64,000 nt of DNA from Carpediemonas membranifera BICM (Eukaryota > Protista > Fornicata), in the NCBI GenBank assembly GCA_019828565.1, contig JAHDYR010000025.1:62001-126000 (forward strand), written 5' to 3'. The position numbers and the translations under genes are program-made. The notes beneath the pieces were generated by a model. It searched no databases. It was not told the DNA's origin and saw only the letters and a list, made by a program, of their open reading frames with translations. Position 1 is the stretch's first letter. The number at the start of each line of letters is the position of its first letter. Positions 45,169 through 57,631 of this stretch are shown here, piece after piece.

Positions 45169-47247
45169 TCACTTCTTCTTGGTTGGCCGCTTGCCCTTTG
45201 CCGACCGCTCCCGTGAGTTTTCCTCGCTGACTTGGACCTCCTCATCGATGCCGTTGTTCTGACTGCCCCCGATAGTCTGCACAAAGCGAGTTATCCTTCG
45301 GCGGCAAAGCACCGATTCATTCGAATCCTTGATCTGTTTTGCCATGCCCTCGAGATTATTTCTGTATCCGTTCAAATATTCCTCGACCCCAGTGCGGATC
45401 TCGACCAGGCTGGCCTTGAGCTCATCAAATGCCTTGCGGAAATCGACCAGACAATTCGGAGTCACCAGAGTCAGCGCACCGATTGCCCTGGAGTGGGAAC
45501 ACCCGCCATCGGCGATTTCAGTGACAACCGGCTCGGTTTCACAGACGAACGGCACGCATGGCTTGCCAGCCCGAGCCCTGTAACCGCGATAGACTGCCTG
45601 GACGATCGTCGCAGCGCGGTTGAGGCGCTCCCATGCGGAGTAGACGATAGAGACCGTCTGGGTCAGATCCATCCCAGATTGAGTAGGAACGTTAAAGTCA
45701 GACATGTCTGCGATCGCCTTCGTCAGTCTCCGGGCTCTTAGGAGGCAGGAATCAATCGCCGCGAGCTCCCCCTTCGCCTCATTCCGCAGCCGATCGTTCA
45801 GCGCCCTGGTCGCAGCGTTCATCTCCTGCAGAGCCAGGTTATCCTTACGGGCCCGGGTGGCGGCAGTCATGAGGGTCCTGATCCGCAGCCGACGCTCCTT
45901 CACTTGCTGTTGTAGGCGAGAAATGTGGTCTAGCAGGCTGGACTGGAGCGCGATGAGCTCGCCGACACGCTGGCTCTTGGCACCCATCGGTCTGTTGTTG
46001 TCAAGGAGGCGCTCGAGCTTAGTAGCCTGGTCGAGAAGGATGTCGCACGTGTCAGTCAGTGTGCGAAGTTCGATTAGCTCAGTGGAGAGATCCTCCTCCC
46101 GAACGGCGCAGGCGTTGAGCATGATGGCTGCGGCGACGTCGGTGTCTCTGACAGTCGTGCGGTCGACCTCGAGTGCCTCAGGCTCCTCGGGCCAGTCTAT
46201 CGGCTCCTGGGTCGACTCAGCCGCCTTGAGGTTGCGGGCCTGCTGGGTCTGCTCGCCGTTGATCAGCTCTGCCTCAACGTCGTGGGATCTCACCTGGCCG
46301 GGTTCGATGGCAGTAGCAAGGGTCATGCCGGTGACACGCGACACATACGAAGCGCCGTCGTCTTCGTCGTCCGGGTCGTCGAGGGCGGAGTCCTCTGAGC
46401 TGACGACTACGACCTTCTTGGCAGTCTTCCTGCCACGGCCACCGCGCATGTTAGCAGCATTCGGGTCTGCAAACAGGCTCTGGGCGACCCGCTGGATCTC
46501 CTCCCACGTCCAGTCGCTGGGCTGATGTCTTGCCCCCACGACGGACAGGTACCTTGTGTGGGGGTCACCCACTGGGAGGTCCGGCACTCTCCGGTGGATT
46601 CCAGCCCTCCTGCGAGCATACAGGAGGTCGTCTGGCTTGATCTGGGCGTTCTTCCACTCCCTGCGGGCGAAGGGCGTGTGGGCTGCCAGACTGACTTCCA
46701 GCTGCGATAGCTCGTTCTGGAGGGCGAGGGCGAGGGGACGGAGGCTCGCGCCTGACGCATTCCATCTTCTCAGCAACGGTCCAAGCTGGAACCGCGTTTC
46801 TCTGAGCCTGTATGCGCGGTTCTCGGAAGCAAGAGTGTCGGCGATACGACGGGCGTCAGCGATCTCACTGTCGCCAATACCAGGGTCAACTTCATGCTGT
46901 GGTTCATTGTCTATGTCGGCACTGGCGTTACGGCGCCGTGTGGCGAAGATGAGGGCGTCGAGGAGCACGAAGCGGTGGTCAAGGAGGATATGGTACTGCT
47001 GAAGTGGAGGCAGCATCTCGCTCAGCTCAATGACGCGAGAAGTACGTACACTGACATTTGACGAGATGCTTTGGAGTTCAGAGTCCAGCTGAGTGAGTTT
47101 CTGCTTGAGGTCGTTCAATGTCTGCGTTTCAGCTCCTTCTGGGAGAAGAGGAAGGTGCATGGAGGTAGAGTATACGTCAAGATGGCGCTTGCAATCCTCT
47201 ATCTGTTCATCCAAGCCCTCTTGTTCCATGAAATTCTCGTTCGTCAA
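45169..47247 (-). CDS. Coiled-coil protein with IQ calmodulin-binding motif
   Basis: 692-aa ORF; AATIVQAVYRGYRAR. Confidence 0.8.
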   Translation of the reverse strand: MTNENFMEQEGLDEQIEDCKRHLDVYSTSMHLPLLPEGAETQTLNDLKQKLTQLDSELQSISSNVSVRTSRVIELSEMLPPLQQYHILLDHRFVLLDALIFATRRRNASADIDNEPQHEVDPGIGDSEIADARRIADTLASENRAYRLRETRFQLGPLLRRWNASGASLRPLALALQNELSQLEVSLAAHTPFARREWKNAQIKPDDLLYARRRAGIHRRVPDLPVGDPHTRYLSVVGARHQPSDWTWEEIQRVAQSLFADPNAANMRGGRGRKTAKKVVVVSSEDSALDDPDDEDDGASYVSRVTGMTLATAIEPGQVRSHDVEAELINGEQTQQARNLKAAESTQEPIDWPEEPEALEVDRTTVRDTDVAAAIMLNACAVREEDLSTELIELRTLTDTCDILLDQATKLERLLDNNRPMGAKSQRVGELIALQSSLLDHISRLQQQVKERRLRIRTLMTAATRARKDNLALQEMNAATRALNDRLRNEAKGELAAIDSCLLRARRLTKAIADMSDFNVPTQSGMDLTQTVSIVYSAWERLNRAATIVQAVYRGYRARAGKPCVPFVCETEPVVTEIADGGCSHSRAIGALTLVTPNCLVDFRKAFDELKASLVEIRTGVEEYLNGYRNNLEGMAKQIKDSNESVLCRRRITRFVQTIGGSQNNGIDEEVQVSEENSRERSAKGKRPTKKK

Positions 47248-47416
47248 ATTGTGGCCTTATCCTGCAGAGTGATCACTGGCAGGCCCGACTGCCTCGGCCA
47301 ACAAGTCCTGCCCAGTATAGTGTCTCAAGCATCCCGAAATAGCATTGCATTGTTTCCAAGGACCCAATCCGGTCTTCAGGCTCGAATGCGAACAACAGCA
47401 CAACCGTTCACATCAT

Positions 47417-47953
47417 TTAATCCACGGGGTCGAACACGTCGGAGTCCTTGAGGAAGGGGTACTTCTCCTTGAGCTCGCTGATCTCCGACGGAGACCAGTC
47501 CATGGGGATGTTGAAGAGACGGCGGACCTCCTTGGGGGTCTTGCCACGCATCATGTTGGCGACGAAGTCGATGCCAGCGTCGGTGAGGAGGTCCATCTGG
47601 AGGAAGTCGGACGCAATCATCGTGCCGAAAATCTCGGGCTGGTTGTTCGCGTTGAACATGGTCTTCTCGAAGCGGCGGAGCTCACTATCCTCACTGTTGT
47701 CGTCAGAGCGCGGCACATCGAGCCAAGACTTGATCTTCTGCCAGATAGCAGTTGTCACAGGGATTTCGTGGGGGCCCTCGGAGCCGGCGCAAGCGTCAGC
47801 GAAGAATCTGGACTCCTCAATGAGGCGGTTCTTGTCATATTCAACTCTCTCTCCATCGGAAAGCTTAATCTGGATAACGCCGGCGTCTTCAGCCATGTCG
47901 TACTCGTATGACTGCCTCGACTCCCGGACGACAATCGATCTCGACGCAGCCAT
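47417..47953 (-). CDS. SKP1: Skp1-family protein
   Basis: IKLSDG, ASDFLQMDLL..VANMMRGKTPKEVRRLFNIPMDWSPSE. Confidence 0.85.
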   Translation of the reverse strand: MAASRSIVVRESRQSYEYDMAEDAGVIQIKLSDGERVEYDKNRLIEESRFFADACAGSEGPHEIPVTTAIWQKIKSWLDVPRSDDNSEDSELRRFEKTMFNANNQPEIFGTMIASDFLQMDLLTDAGIDFVANMMRGKTPKEVRRLFNIPMDWSPSEISELKEKYPFLKDSDVFDPVD

Positions 47954-48199
47954 GACACGCTGACAAAATCTCTGAATATCGGTCCCACGCCCTACCTGTT
48001 GTCGAACCCTCTTTCAACCATCTATTATCGCACCATGCAGCGTCACACTGGACGGGTTCAAGGCATGCATGCCAGTAGTCGGCACCAAACTCGACGTCCG
48101 TGCCTCGATTACGCACGGGGGCACCAATGAGGGTCCATTGTCGCACAATGCCCTGTGCCATGCTTTATGCTTCACCGTTCCTGGACATCACCAGAACCA

Positions 48200-49003
48200 T
48201 CATATGATCGAGCTCGCCCGCCGGACCCGCATGCTCACGTTCTCAATCAGACTGGCAATCAAGCCCTCGACCTCATCGCGTTCAGCAACCTCAGTCTGGA
48301 GTGCCAGTGCGGCCCCCTGCTGGAACTCAGCCATAGCCTGCTTCATCCGGGTCTCGCGGGCCTCGTTGCGGGTCTTCAGCTCATCCACCGCAGCCCGGGC
48401 CTTCCCTATGGTCTTATCAACCTTATCCTGCATGTTCCGTGCCCACTTCTCGTCGTCAACCTTGTCCTGACGCAACCTAAGCCGCAACTCGATCACAGCC
48501 TGATTCATGTGGGCCGTGGAGTACTTATGGTCCCTCAGCCGTGCACTCCGAGTCAGCCGTTCCTCGTCGTCTGCGTCGCTCTCGTCCAGGGCCTCCAGCC
48601 GGAACTCGAGGGCTTGGTGCATGCGACGCTCCATGTCCTGCAGGTCGTCGTGCTCGCGCTGGATGATAGCATTGACGTTCGAGAGTGTGCGGACCATCTG
48701 TGCGTCGTTTTGGATGTTGCGCGAGGCGTGCGAGGCTGCCCGCATCTCATGGAGTTCCGCCTCAACTTCTGCAATGGCATGCTCCATCTTGAAGAGCGTT
48801 GGTTGCCGCTCAATGTACGTATGGTTCATCCTGTTCGTGATATCGCGGAGTTCCATCAATATTTCCTCTTCTGAGCGAGAGCGGTATGAGTTAAGCTGGG
48901 AGTCCAGTGATTGTAGCCTGTCGATGACGGAATGCATGCGCGGATTGGTGGCACCTGATGTGTACCTTGAATCATACTGTAGCGAAGGCATGAAAGTCTG
49001 CAT
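48200..49003 (-). CDS. Coiled-coil protein, possibly SF-assemblin/beta-giardin family
   Basis: 267 aa, all coiled-coil, C-terminal L..E..ER..E..I..L pattern. Family call is tentative. Confidence 0.5.
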   Translation of the reverse strand: MQTFMPSLQYDSRYTSGATNPRMHSVIDRLQSLDSQLNSYRSRSEEEILMELRDITNRMNHTYIERQPTLFKMEHAIAEVEAELHEMRAASHASRNIQNDAQMVRTLSNVNAIIQREHDDLQDMERRMHQALEFRLEALDESDADDEERLTRSARLRDHKYSTAHMNQAVIELRLRLRQDKVDDEKWARNMQDKVDKTIGKARAAVDELKTRNEARETRMKQAMAEFQQGAALALQTEVAERDEVEGLIASLIENVSMRVRRASSII

Positions 49004-49128
49004 AGGACGTTTTCGGCCCTCGTCAACGTCGCCAAATCTTCGAGATGACGCAGTTTAGCCAATGAAGTGCCGCACAGCAATCGGGACGCATTTTACAACA
49101 AGATCAGCAGGTTAGCTCGTCTTCACGG

Positions 49129-50175
49129 TCACCCCCGGTCCAGCAGGATGCTCTCCTTCTCCCGCAGACGCTGGTCCATTTGGACGAGAATGGCGGCAAG
49201 GCGGCTGAACTTGGACTCGGCCTCACCGATCCTGGCGTCCACATCAGCGGCACTGATGCCGTCGATCTTATCCGTCAGTCGCCCGACAGCAGCTTCAAGT
49301 CTCGCCAGCCGTCCCTCTACACCCTTGTCGCTGTGGCCTCGGTCTCGGGGCACCGCGGGCCGGTGCTGGGCCGCCTGTTTCGACTCCCGCGCTGGTTCAG
49401 GTTGTTGGATATGTTGCACGGTGATTGACTCAGGCGCGCGGGAAACAACCTCTTCTGCCTCAGCGCTATGCCGGAGAGAGGACTGCCGCTCCTGAGGCCG
49501 CCTGGCCTGAGCAGGCGTAACCCTCTTCGTGCTAGGCGGCGGCGTGGCCATTGTCGCGAGGCACTCACCGAAGGCGTCCCTCTGCCCGGAGTTCCTCGCC
49601 GGGGTTCGCATTGAGTCGACATAGCGAGAAGTCAGACCGTGGTGCCCGTTCTCAGGCGACCCCTTGGTGAGGATATCCCGGGTCAGATCCTCGAGGCCCC
49701 TTGTGATTGTCGCATAGACCGACGTGTCCCGAGTTAGGTCACTGGCATTCATCGGGGAGTGCTCAGCCACAATACGGGGCGGCGGAGTGACATATACTGA
49801 TGTGGGGGCACGGGCATGGCTGTTGGGCGTGTCAATCACGTTGACCTCACCGATGCGGGCGGACAGTGTGAGGAGGTCCGACATGTCGTCCGATTTCACG
49901 GGAAGTGAGAATCGTACGTTCTTGGTCGTTATGCTTGATGCAAAATCTTGGTCGTCCGCAGCGTCTTGTTCCTCCTGAGCATCGTCGCCAGCAGCATCGT
50001 AGTCGTCCATCGTTAAGTCGGCAGCAGTCATGAAACGAGGCGTTTCTTCAGAAGAATAGGAGTTAAATTCGTCATACATATCATCTTCCCGATGCGGATC
50101 GAGATATATGTCCATGGTTCGGGAAATGTCCGGGCTGCGCCTGTTGCAGTTTAAGGACCGCGCAAAAATCGTCAT
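49129..50175 (-). CDS. Hypothetical protein, disordered with C-terminal coiled coil
   Basis: 348-aa ORF; likely start at the internal MDIYLD. Confidence 0.7.
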   Translation of the reverse strand: MTIFARSLNCNRRSPDISRTMDIYLDPHREDDMYDEFNSYSSEETPRFMTAADLTMDDYDAAGDDAQEEQDAADDQDFASSITTKNVRFSLPVKSDDMSDLLTLSARIGEVNVIDTPNSHARAPTSVYVTPPPRIVAEHSPMNASDLTRDTSVYATITRGLEDLTRDILTKGSPENGHHGLTSRYVDSMRTPARNSGQRDAFGECLATMATPPPSTKRVTPAQARRPQERQSSLRHSAEAEEVVSRAPESITVQHIQQPEPARESKQAAQHRPAVPRDRGHSDKGVEGRLARLEAAVGRLTDKIDGISAADVDARIGEAESKFSRLAAILVQMDQRLREKESILLDRG

Positions 50176-50559
50176 ATTGGGAGGAGTTTACGGCCCGGCA
50201 AGGTTTCTATACCGCGCGTTGAGTGTCCCATGCTAAGAATTCCCGCCCATGCTACGGACGACCAATTCAAGGCAGCTGGGCGTATCTGTCTCACCCTGCC
50301 TCTGTGCATGCTGTCACTCATCAGTCTGGGACCATGTAGACCATCAGTTTTGAGAAGTAGTAATGAGAGTATTTTCCGGATGCGAGATAACTGGTTCACC
50401 CAGTGGGCGTGAATGGCTTCGGACACCATTTCCACAAATTCGACCCTCGTCCATAGTATCCGCGGAGAGCAACTGTCTGCCGCCTACCCGTCGGATATCG
50501 CCAGAAACGGCGGCGCTTAACCTGCACTTAAGCCTCGACGACCGAACGCCAATTTGCCA

Positions 50560-53500
50560 ATGCGATTCCCCTGGACCAAGGAAAGGGATCGTGAAATCTG
50601 TTTGTAGCATCTCCACTCTTCTTATGCAGCCATTGGCTCCAAGGCAACCCGGCGCCATTTCCCCAAAAACCAAATCCGTAATACAAAGTACCGCTGGTGG
50701 TCATTCATCCCCAAGAACCTATTCGAGCAGTACACGCGTTTCTCCAACGCCTATTTCCTCATCGTAGCCTGCCTCCAGCTGTGGAGCGCGATCACCCCCG
50801 TGAACCCCATCACCACTTGGGGGCCTCTCATCTTCGTGACGTCCGTCACAGCGGTCAAGGAGCTGGCCGATGATCTGCGCCGCTGGTGGTCCGACTATCG
50901 GGCCAACTCCCGCAAGTACGTTGTCTACCGCGATGGCCAGCAGCGCTCGATCTCGTCCTCCAAGATCTCAGTTGGCGACATCCTCAAGCTCCACGAAGAA
51001 GAGGAGGCGCCTGCTGACTGCATCATCATCAAGAGCAGCGACACAGAGAACGGCACAGCCTTCATCACGACCGCCAACCTCGACGGGGAGACCGATCTGA
51101 AGGAACGCATGGCCGCCAAGCCCACTTATACCCTTACCGACGCCGCCATTGAGTCATTCCGTGGCGTCATCACCTGCCCTCCGCCCAACGACATCGTCTG
51201 GCGCTTTGACGGCCAGCTCTCGTGCGAGATCGCCCCCAAGGACCCTGCCCTCGCACCTCCCGAGGCCGAAATGGACTCGCACGCTGAGCAGACGCCCAAC
51301 CTCTCGCCCCCGACCCCTCTGATGGCAGAAAACATGGTCCTGCAGGGCACGTCGCTCAAGAACACCGGCCACGTCTACGGCGTCGTCGTGTTCACTGGCA
51401 ATCAGACGAAGCTCGGCATGAACAAGCGCGTGCCCCCCAGCAAGGCCACCAAGGCCGACAAGGTTATTAACTGCAGCGCCGCCGCCGTGTTTGCGATGCA
51501 GTGGATGTTTGTCGCGTCGTACTCTGTGGTCGGCCTGTGGCGCGAGTACCGCGTCATGCCCGACGAGTGGTACCTCAACTTCAACACCGACCAGGCCCCC
51601 TGGTACGAGCCTATCGTCATCCCGCTGCGTTTCTTCCTCCTCATGACGTATTGCATCCCCATCTCCTTCAAGGTTACTCTCGATCTCTGCAAGACCATTT
51701 ACGCGTTTATGATTAACATGGACCGCGACATGGTGAACCAGAAGACTGGGTCGGGTGTGTCGGCCAAGAACACCGGCATCATCGAGGACCTAGGCCAGAT
51801 CCAGCACGTCTTCACCGATAAGACGGGCACCCTCACGGAGAACGTCATGGTCTTCAAGAAGGTCTCTATCAACGGCACCCAGTACGGCGAGGGTGTCGCT
51901 GCATCAGCCCTTGACGACCGCACACTCGCAGAGAAGGTCTCCGCGGGCGACCCGCATGTCCTGTGGTTCCTCCGTGTACTCGGCCTCTGCCACACCGTGG
52001 ACGTTGACGAGGCCGATAAGGCTACCATCCTCCGGGGCGAGGCGTACAAGGCGACGAGCCCCGACGAGTTTGCCCTCGTCCACGCCGCCTGCCGCATGGG
52101 CGTCGCATTCGTGGGCTCGGACCGGTTGACGACGTCGATTGCTCTCCATGCCGGCAACAACACCACGCCCAAGGTGGAGAAGTATGAGCTGCTGGAGGTG
52201 CTGGAGTTCACGTCGGACCGTAGACGGATGTCCGTTATCCTCAGGGACCCCGCAGGCCAGGTCATCCTCCTCACCAAGGGCGCAGACGACATCGTCCTCG
52301 GCCGCCTCTCTCGCAACGACGAGAAGACCAGCCGCATCCGTGGGGTTACGGACAGACACCTCGCATCCTACGGCAACACCGGCCTGCGGACGTTGACCAT
52401 CGCCATGCGCAACATCCCCGCTGAGGAGTTCGCCCAGTGGCGCAAGGACTACGACTCGGCCTCCACCCAGCTCGTCGGCCGGGATCGGCTGAGGAACGAG
52501 CTGATGGACATGATCGAGACCGACCTGACCCTCCTCGGGGTAACGGCCATCGAGGACCAGCTCCAGGAGGGCGTGCCCGACACCATCGCCTTCCTCAGAC
52601 AGGCCGGAATCCGGTTCTGGATGCTCACTGGCGACAAGCTCGAGACTGCCCGTCAGATCGCCCTCTCCTGCAAGCTGATGGCTGAGACGGCTGCCTTCAT
52701 CCTTGTGGCCGGTACCAACGAAGATGAGGTCGTATCATCCCTCGAGAAAGCCGCCGTGACCTATGACCGTGCCCGGGAGGGTGGCAGGGAGGCTATCCTC
52801 GCTGTCACGGGCCCCACCTTCAAGCACGTTGAGGAGAGCAAAACAGCCCGCGTGGCATTCCGCCGACTGGGCCTCAAATGCGACTCCGTTGTATGCTCCC
52901 GCATGGCGCCGACCCAGAAGGCCCAGGTGGTCCGTCTGATCAAGCGGACGGGCGTCATGACCCTCGCCATCGGCGACGGCGGCAACGACATCTCCATGAT
53001 CCAGGAGGCGCATGTCGGCGTGGGTCTCGAGGGCCGCGAGGGTCTCCAGGCAGCCCGGGCCGCGGACTTCAGCATGGGCGGGTTCCGGTTCCTCAAGCGG
53101 CTGCTCACCTTCCACGGCCGCTACAGCTACCTCCGGTCCGCCTGGATTGTGCAGTACTCCTTCTACAAGTCAGTCATCATTGGGGTCGGCCAGATCTCCT
53201 ACAACATCCTGGCAGCGTTCAGTGGGGCCTCCCTCATGATGTCGAACGACCTGACCCTGTACAACCTCGCGTACACGTTCCTCCCGCCTCTCGTCTACAC
53301 GCTCGACCGGGACGTCCCAGCCCTCTGCCCGATGGAGTATCCTGAGCTTTACAAGCAGAGCCAGAAGTCGAAGGACCACTCCTACCTCACCTGGTTCTTG
53401 TGGATCGCCCGCGGACTCTACCACGTCTTCGTCATCGAGGCGGTGCTCTACGTCGTCGGGTCGGCGTGGGTCCAGTCGGACGGGTCTCCCGTCGACAAGA

Positions 53501-53865
53501 GCATCATCGCGGAGACCCACATCGTGTCCCTGATGACACTGCAGCTCGTCACCCAGCTGACGGACCTCCACACATGGAACCTGGTCACCCTGCTCGTCGT
53601 CCTGCTCTCGTACGGCTCGCTCTGGGCGTTCCACGCCTTCATGTGCGTCCTCTTCCCCACGAAGGACCTCTACGGCGTTCTTCGCAGAACGTTTGTCGAC
53701 CCCCAGTTCTGGATGGCCATCGTGCTCATCGTGACGTTCGCCTACGTCCCCATCATCGCCTTCAGGACGGCGCGGCAGATCGTCCGCCCCCGCCTGTCGG
53801 ACACCCTCAGGTTCAACAACGCCGTGGCGTGGTCCGTCGGCCGGAAGAGCATCCGTGGCATGTAA
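50560..53865 (+). CDS. P4-type ATPase (phospholipid flippase); predicted 30-nt intron 50600-50629
   Basis: NLDGET, IPISF, DKTGTLT, SPDE, MLTGDK, IGDGGND. Frame extends upstream of 50800 (NTKY..FIPKNLFEQY); the intron joins ATG 50560 in frame. Confidence 0.95.
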
Positions 53866-54227
53866 TGGGCAACTGTAGTGTGATAAATGGCATTCTTACG
53901 ATGCTTGATGTTTAAAAATAGATGATGTGGTCAAATTGTATCTCACTGTAGACATGTCAGTGTAATCTCTACGAATGCGGCCATACCCAATTCAACCCAT
54001 CATTTTGCAATGTTGTGGCGAACCGAGAGGATGCATTATGCCTGCACCGAGTTCTGCGACTGTAGTGCAATTCAAAGCTGGACAGATTCCATGAATGCCA
54101 CGTGATCCGCATGTGTGCGCCAGGTTTATACAAGCCGGCGACTTCCAATCCCAAGATTGAGAAATTGATCTCGCCGAGATTTTTCTTAACCTGCACCGCC
54201 TGAAGATCGAACACTCGTGTTCTCGTC

Positions 54228-57107
54228 ATGGAAAGCGAACACGACGTCGCGCAAGAGTGTGGACTTCAGAATGAGCCCACTACGTCTCCTTCTTCACCCG
54301 AAGATCTCAAGAACAGCAACTCCAAGCACTTCGGCATTTTCGGTGTTGTTTTTAAGCCTGTTTTCACTGAGGTTTGGGCCGTCCTCGTTCAGACGGTATT
54401 TTTGGTCGTTAAGCACTTCCTGATCAGCATTAGATCATTCTCATCCACCGCGTTCCACATCTTGAATCCCATTGTTTTCGTGGCCGCCGTCTGGGCCCTG
54501 CAGCAAGCCTTGGACCAGTTTGACCTCCTCCCCGCTGGATATAACAAGGAGGATGGCTTCACCGTCGACCACACCGCCTACCAAGTCCCCACCTGCACGC
54601 CCGGCGACTCTGGCAGCTGCTACACGCTCATGGCAATCCCCAACAACTCTACGTTTGCCGGCGTCCTTACAAACTTCGCCACGTACGCAGGACTCGGCTC
54701 AGGCTCCGTTGCACCCATCAACACCGACATTATGGACGCCGACACTTTCAACAGCTACATGAGCACGGAGGACGCCCGCAACTCCACCCTGTTTGCCGTA
54801 GAGTTCACCAAGTACGACCTGGCTGGCGAGGGCGTCGAATACATCCTCCACTACGACCAGAACTTCTTCTCGTGCCCCCTCATGTCTGTGGCCGAGTGTA
54901 CGTCCCCATATGAGTGGCTGGAGCTCCCCATGCTCAACGCACTCGACTCCTACTTCGCCCAGCTCATCACCGGCCGCGACACCGTGTCGTATTCCCTCGG
55001 CGACATGCTCGTGCCGCCCCACCCCTCCCAGGCGTCGTTCCAGGTGTTCCTCATGTTCGGGCCCATGGTCCTCTTCGCCATCTTCTCGATCCACATGGTC
55101 ATCTTCAGCGCCCAGATCGTGCAGGAGAAGGAGAACCGCATCCGCGCCTACATGAAGGTTGTCGGCCTTCGGACCATCTCCTACTGGGCCTCGTTTATCA
55201 TTTACATGGGCACGATTATCTTCCTTAACATCATTGTCCTCATGGTCGCCGGCTGGATATTCAACTTCCGCATGTTCACCGACAACAACTTCCTGCTCCT
55301 CTTCATCTGCTTCGCCACGTACGGCATCTCCATCATCGGCCTCTGTATCCTCGTGTCTGCCGTCGTCAAGACCGCGCGTATCGCCTCCCTGGCCTCATTC
55401 GCCTTCCTGATCATCTCCGTCGTCATCGCGCCCCTGGCCTCGGGCATCCTCTTCGCCATCCTCGGCAGCGACGACACCGTCGCCAACGACGTCGCCATGC
55501 GTTTCCTCGAGGCGATCTCCCCCCTACTTTTCTACCAGAACGTCGACAAGCTCAACGCCATCTCGGACGGCACCACGGACGCCCTCAAGTTCAGCGACCT
55601 CGAATGGACGAACGACACCGAGGACGTCACCTTCCTCCGCGGCAACGTTCTCATGCTCGTCTACTCCTTCGTCTACTTTGTGATCGCCTTCTACCTCGAC
55701 TCGATCAGCGACGCCAACGGTGTCGGCAAGCACCCACTCTGGCCTCTCATCCCCTGGAAGGTCTTCACGTTCCTCGAGCCCCTTGTCAACCGCTACTGGA
55801 ACCGGATCCGCGGCCGCATCCACATCCCCCTGCTCTCTGAGCCCGCCTGGCCGCCCCTCGACGACGAGGACATCCACGCCGAGGTCCGCGCCGTCCACGA
55901 GGCCGGCCCCGACACGCCCCTGGTCGTCAAGGACCTCGTCAAGCGTTTCCGCAAGTTCCCTGTGGTCAGGTCCCCCAAGGACTTCGTCGCCGTCAAGGGC
56001 ATGAACATGATGGTCAAGCCCAACGAGCTGCTTTGCCTGCTCGGCCCCAACGGTGCCGGCAAGACCACCACCATCTCCATGCTGTCTGGCCTCTTCGCCC
56101 CCACCGCCGGCGACGGGCTCGTCTTTGGCCGCTCGATCTCGACCGAGATGCACGTCGTCCGTAAGATGACCGGCATGTGTCCCCAGCACGACGTCTGCAC
56201 CTTCCAGCAGCTCACCGCCGCCGAGCACATCATGCTCTTCGCCGCCATCAAGGGCCTCTCCATCCGCCAGCTCCGCTCCGAGGTCTCCCGGCGTATTGCT
56301 GACGTCAACCTCGAGGACCACTCGCGGTCCCGCGTCGCCGCCTTCTCTGGTGGCATGCGCCGCCGTCTGTCAATCGCCATCTCGCTCATCGGCTCCCCCC
56401 GACTGATCTTCCTCGACGAGCCCACCACCGGCCTCGACCCGGTCGTCCGTTCGACCGTCTGGGCCATCATCATGAAGCAGAAGGAGCACTCCGCCATCGT
56501 CCTCACCACCCACTCCATGGAGGAGGCCGACGTCCTCGGTGACCGCATCGCCATCATGGCTTTCGGCCGTAACCGCTGCATCGGCACGTCCATCCGCCTT
56601 AAGTCCCGCTTCGGGTCCGGCTACAAGATCATCATCTCCCCGAAGACCAGCGAGGAGGACACCGCTGTCGTCTGTCGCGGCCTGTTCGACCGCCTGTCCG
56701 CGTCCGTGCCCGAGATCGTCTTTGATAAGATCGACGGCCGTAACATGCGGATCAACCTTCCCAAGGAGGCGAACGGCCGCATGCCCGAGCTCATGACCGC
56801 CATCGACGGCATCCGCGACGACATCGACGACCTTTCCATCGAGCTGTCCACACTCGAGGATGTATTCATTACCGTCGCCAAGACCTCCCAGGCCGAGGAG
56901 TTCGCCAGCGACAACCATGACCTGCCCGACGCCACGATCGACCTGAGCCAGAGCCAGACGCCCTACCCCGGCGCCACCCCCATGGCCGGCCGGTCCCAGC
57001 ACCCCTCGATGGGCAACATGGTCCCCAGCCCTGCTTGGCAGAGCGACGCCAAGAGCGAGACCGACAGCGACGACCTCGAGACGATCCAGAGCTCGGATGA
57101 GGCTTAA
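54228..57107 (+). CDS. ABCA-subfamily half-size ABC transporter
   Basis: VQEKENRI, GPNGAGKTT, FSGGMRRRL, LDEPTTGLD, LTTHSMEEAD. Confidence 0.95.
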   Translation: MESEHDVAQECGLQNEPTTSPSSPEDLKNSNSKHFGIFGVVFKPVFTEVWAVLVQTVFLVVKHFLISIRSFSSTAFHILNPIVFVAAVWALQQALDQFDLLPAGYNKEDGFTVDHTAYQVPTCTPGDSGSCYTLMAIPNNSTFAGVLTNFATYAGLGSGSVAPINTDIMDADTFNSYMSTEDARNSTLFAVEFTKYDLAGEGVEYILHYDQNFFSCPLMSVAECTSPYEWLELPMLNALDSYFAQLITGRDTVSYSLGDMLVPPHPSQASFQVFLMFGPMVLFAIFSIHMVIFSAQIVQEKENRIRAYMKVVGLRTISYWASFIIYMGTIIFLNIIVLMVAGWIFNFRMFTDNNFLLLFICFATYGISIIGLCILVSAVVKTARIASLASFAFLIISVVIAPLASGILFAILGSDDTVANDVAMRFLEAISPLLFYQNVDKLNAISDGTTDALKFSDLEWTNDTEDVTFLRGNVLMLVYSFVYFVIAFYLDSISDANGVGKHPLWPLIPWKVFTFLEPLVNRYWNRIRGRIHIPLLSEPAWPPLDDEDIHAEVRAVHEAGPDTPLVVKDLVKRFRKFPVVRSPKDFVAVKGMNMMVKPNELLCLLGPNGAGKTTTISMLSGLFAPTAGDGLVFGRSISTEMHVVRKMTGMCPQHDVCTFQQLTAAEHIMLFAAIKGLSIRQLRSEVSRRIADVNLEDHSRSRVAAFSGGMRRRLSIAISLIGSPRLIFLDEPTTGLDPVVRSTVWAIIMKQKEHSAIVLTTHSMEEADVLGDRIAIMAFGRNRCIGTSIRLKSRFGSGYKIIISPKTSEEDTAVVCRGLFDRLSASVPEIVFDKIDGRNMRINLPKEANGRMPELMTAIDGIRDDIDDLSIELSTLEDVFITVAKTSQAEEFASDNHDLPDATIDLSQSQTPYPGATPMAGRSQHPSMGNMVPSPAWQSDAKSETDSDDLETIQSSDEA

Positions 57108-57631
57108 GTGAGTAAAGATAAGTTTGAAGTCGTTGTTTTATTACAGCCTGATTCCGGACTGGTTACCGGCATTAGGATGTCATGATCTGAAGGAGATCAG
57201 TTGACCGCAGGGGGAGATGACAACGATGAGCCGGCAATCAATGCTATGCCGGTATGCACAAGTGTTGATGTGAATTTAATGAAGAGCAGAGAAGATGGTG
57301 TGACGATTGGGGCCTCAGGATGAACTTGGGCACACAAAAAAATGTGATAACATGCCCAAGCGAGACACAGACGCTGGATTGAGATGAGAGGGGGGATGAA
57401 GTGTTGCAGATCCAGAATCATCATCACGTAATCACGAACTGCATTGTGCCCTGCAGGATTAGAATGATCCATTTATGAGCCAACTCACGTGAAGGGAAAG
57501 GTTAGAATTGTTGAGTCCAAAACACACAGTGATCCAAGCAGCATCAGGATCGCAGTGTGGTTCATCATACTCTATCAACCGTGCGCAGCATATCACGCGC
57601 GCTGCAGCGCGTGCTTGCTCAACTTCGCAAG

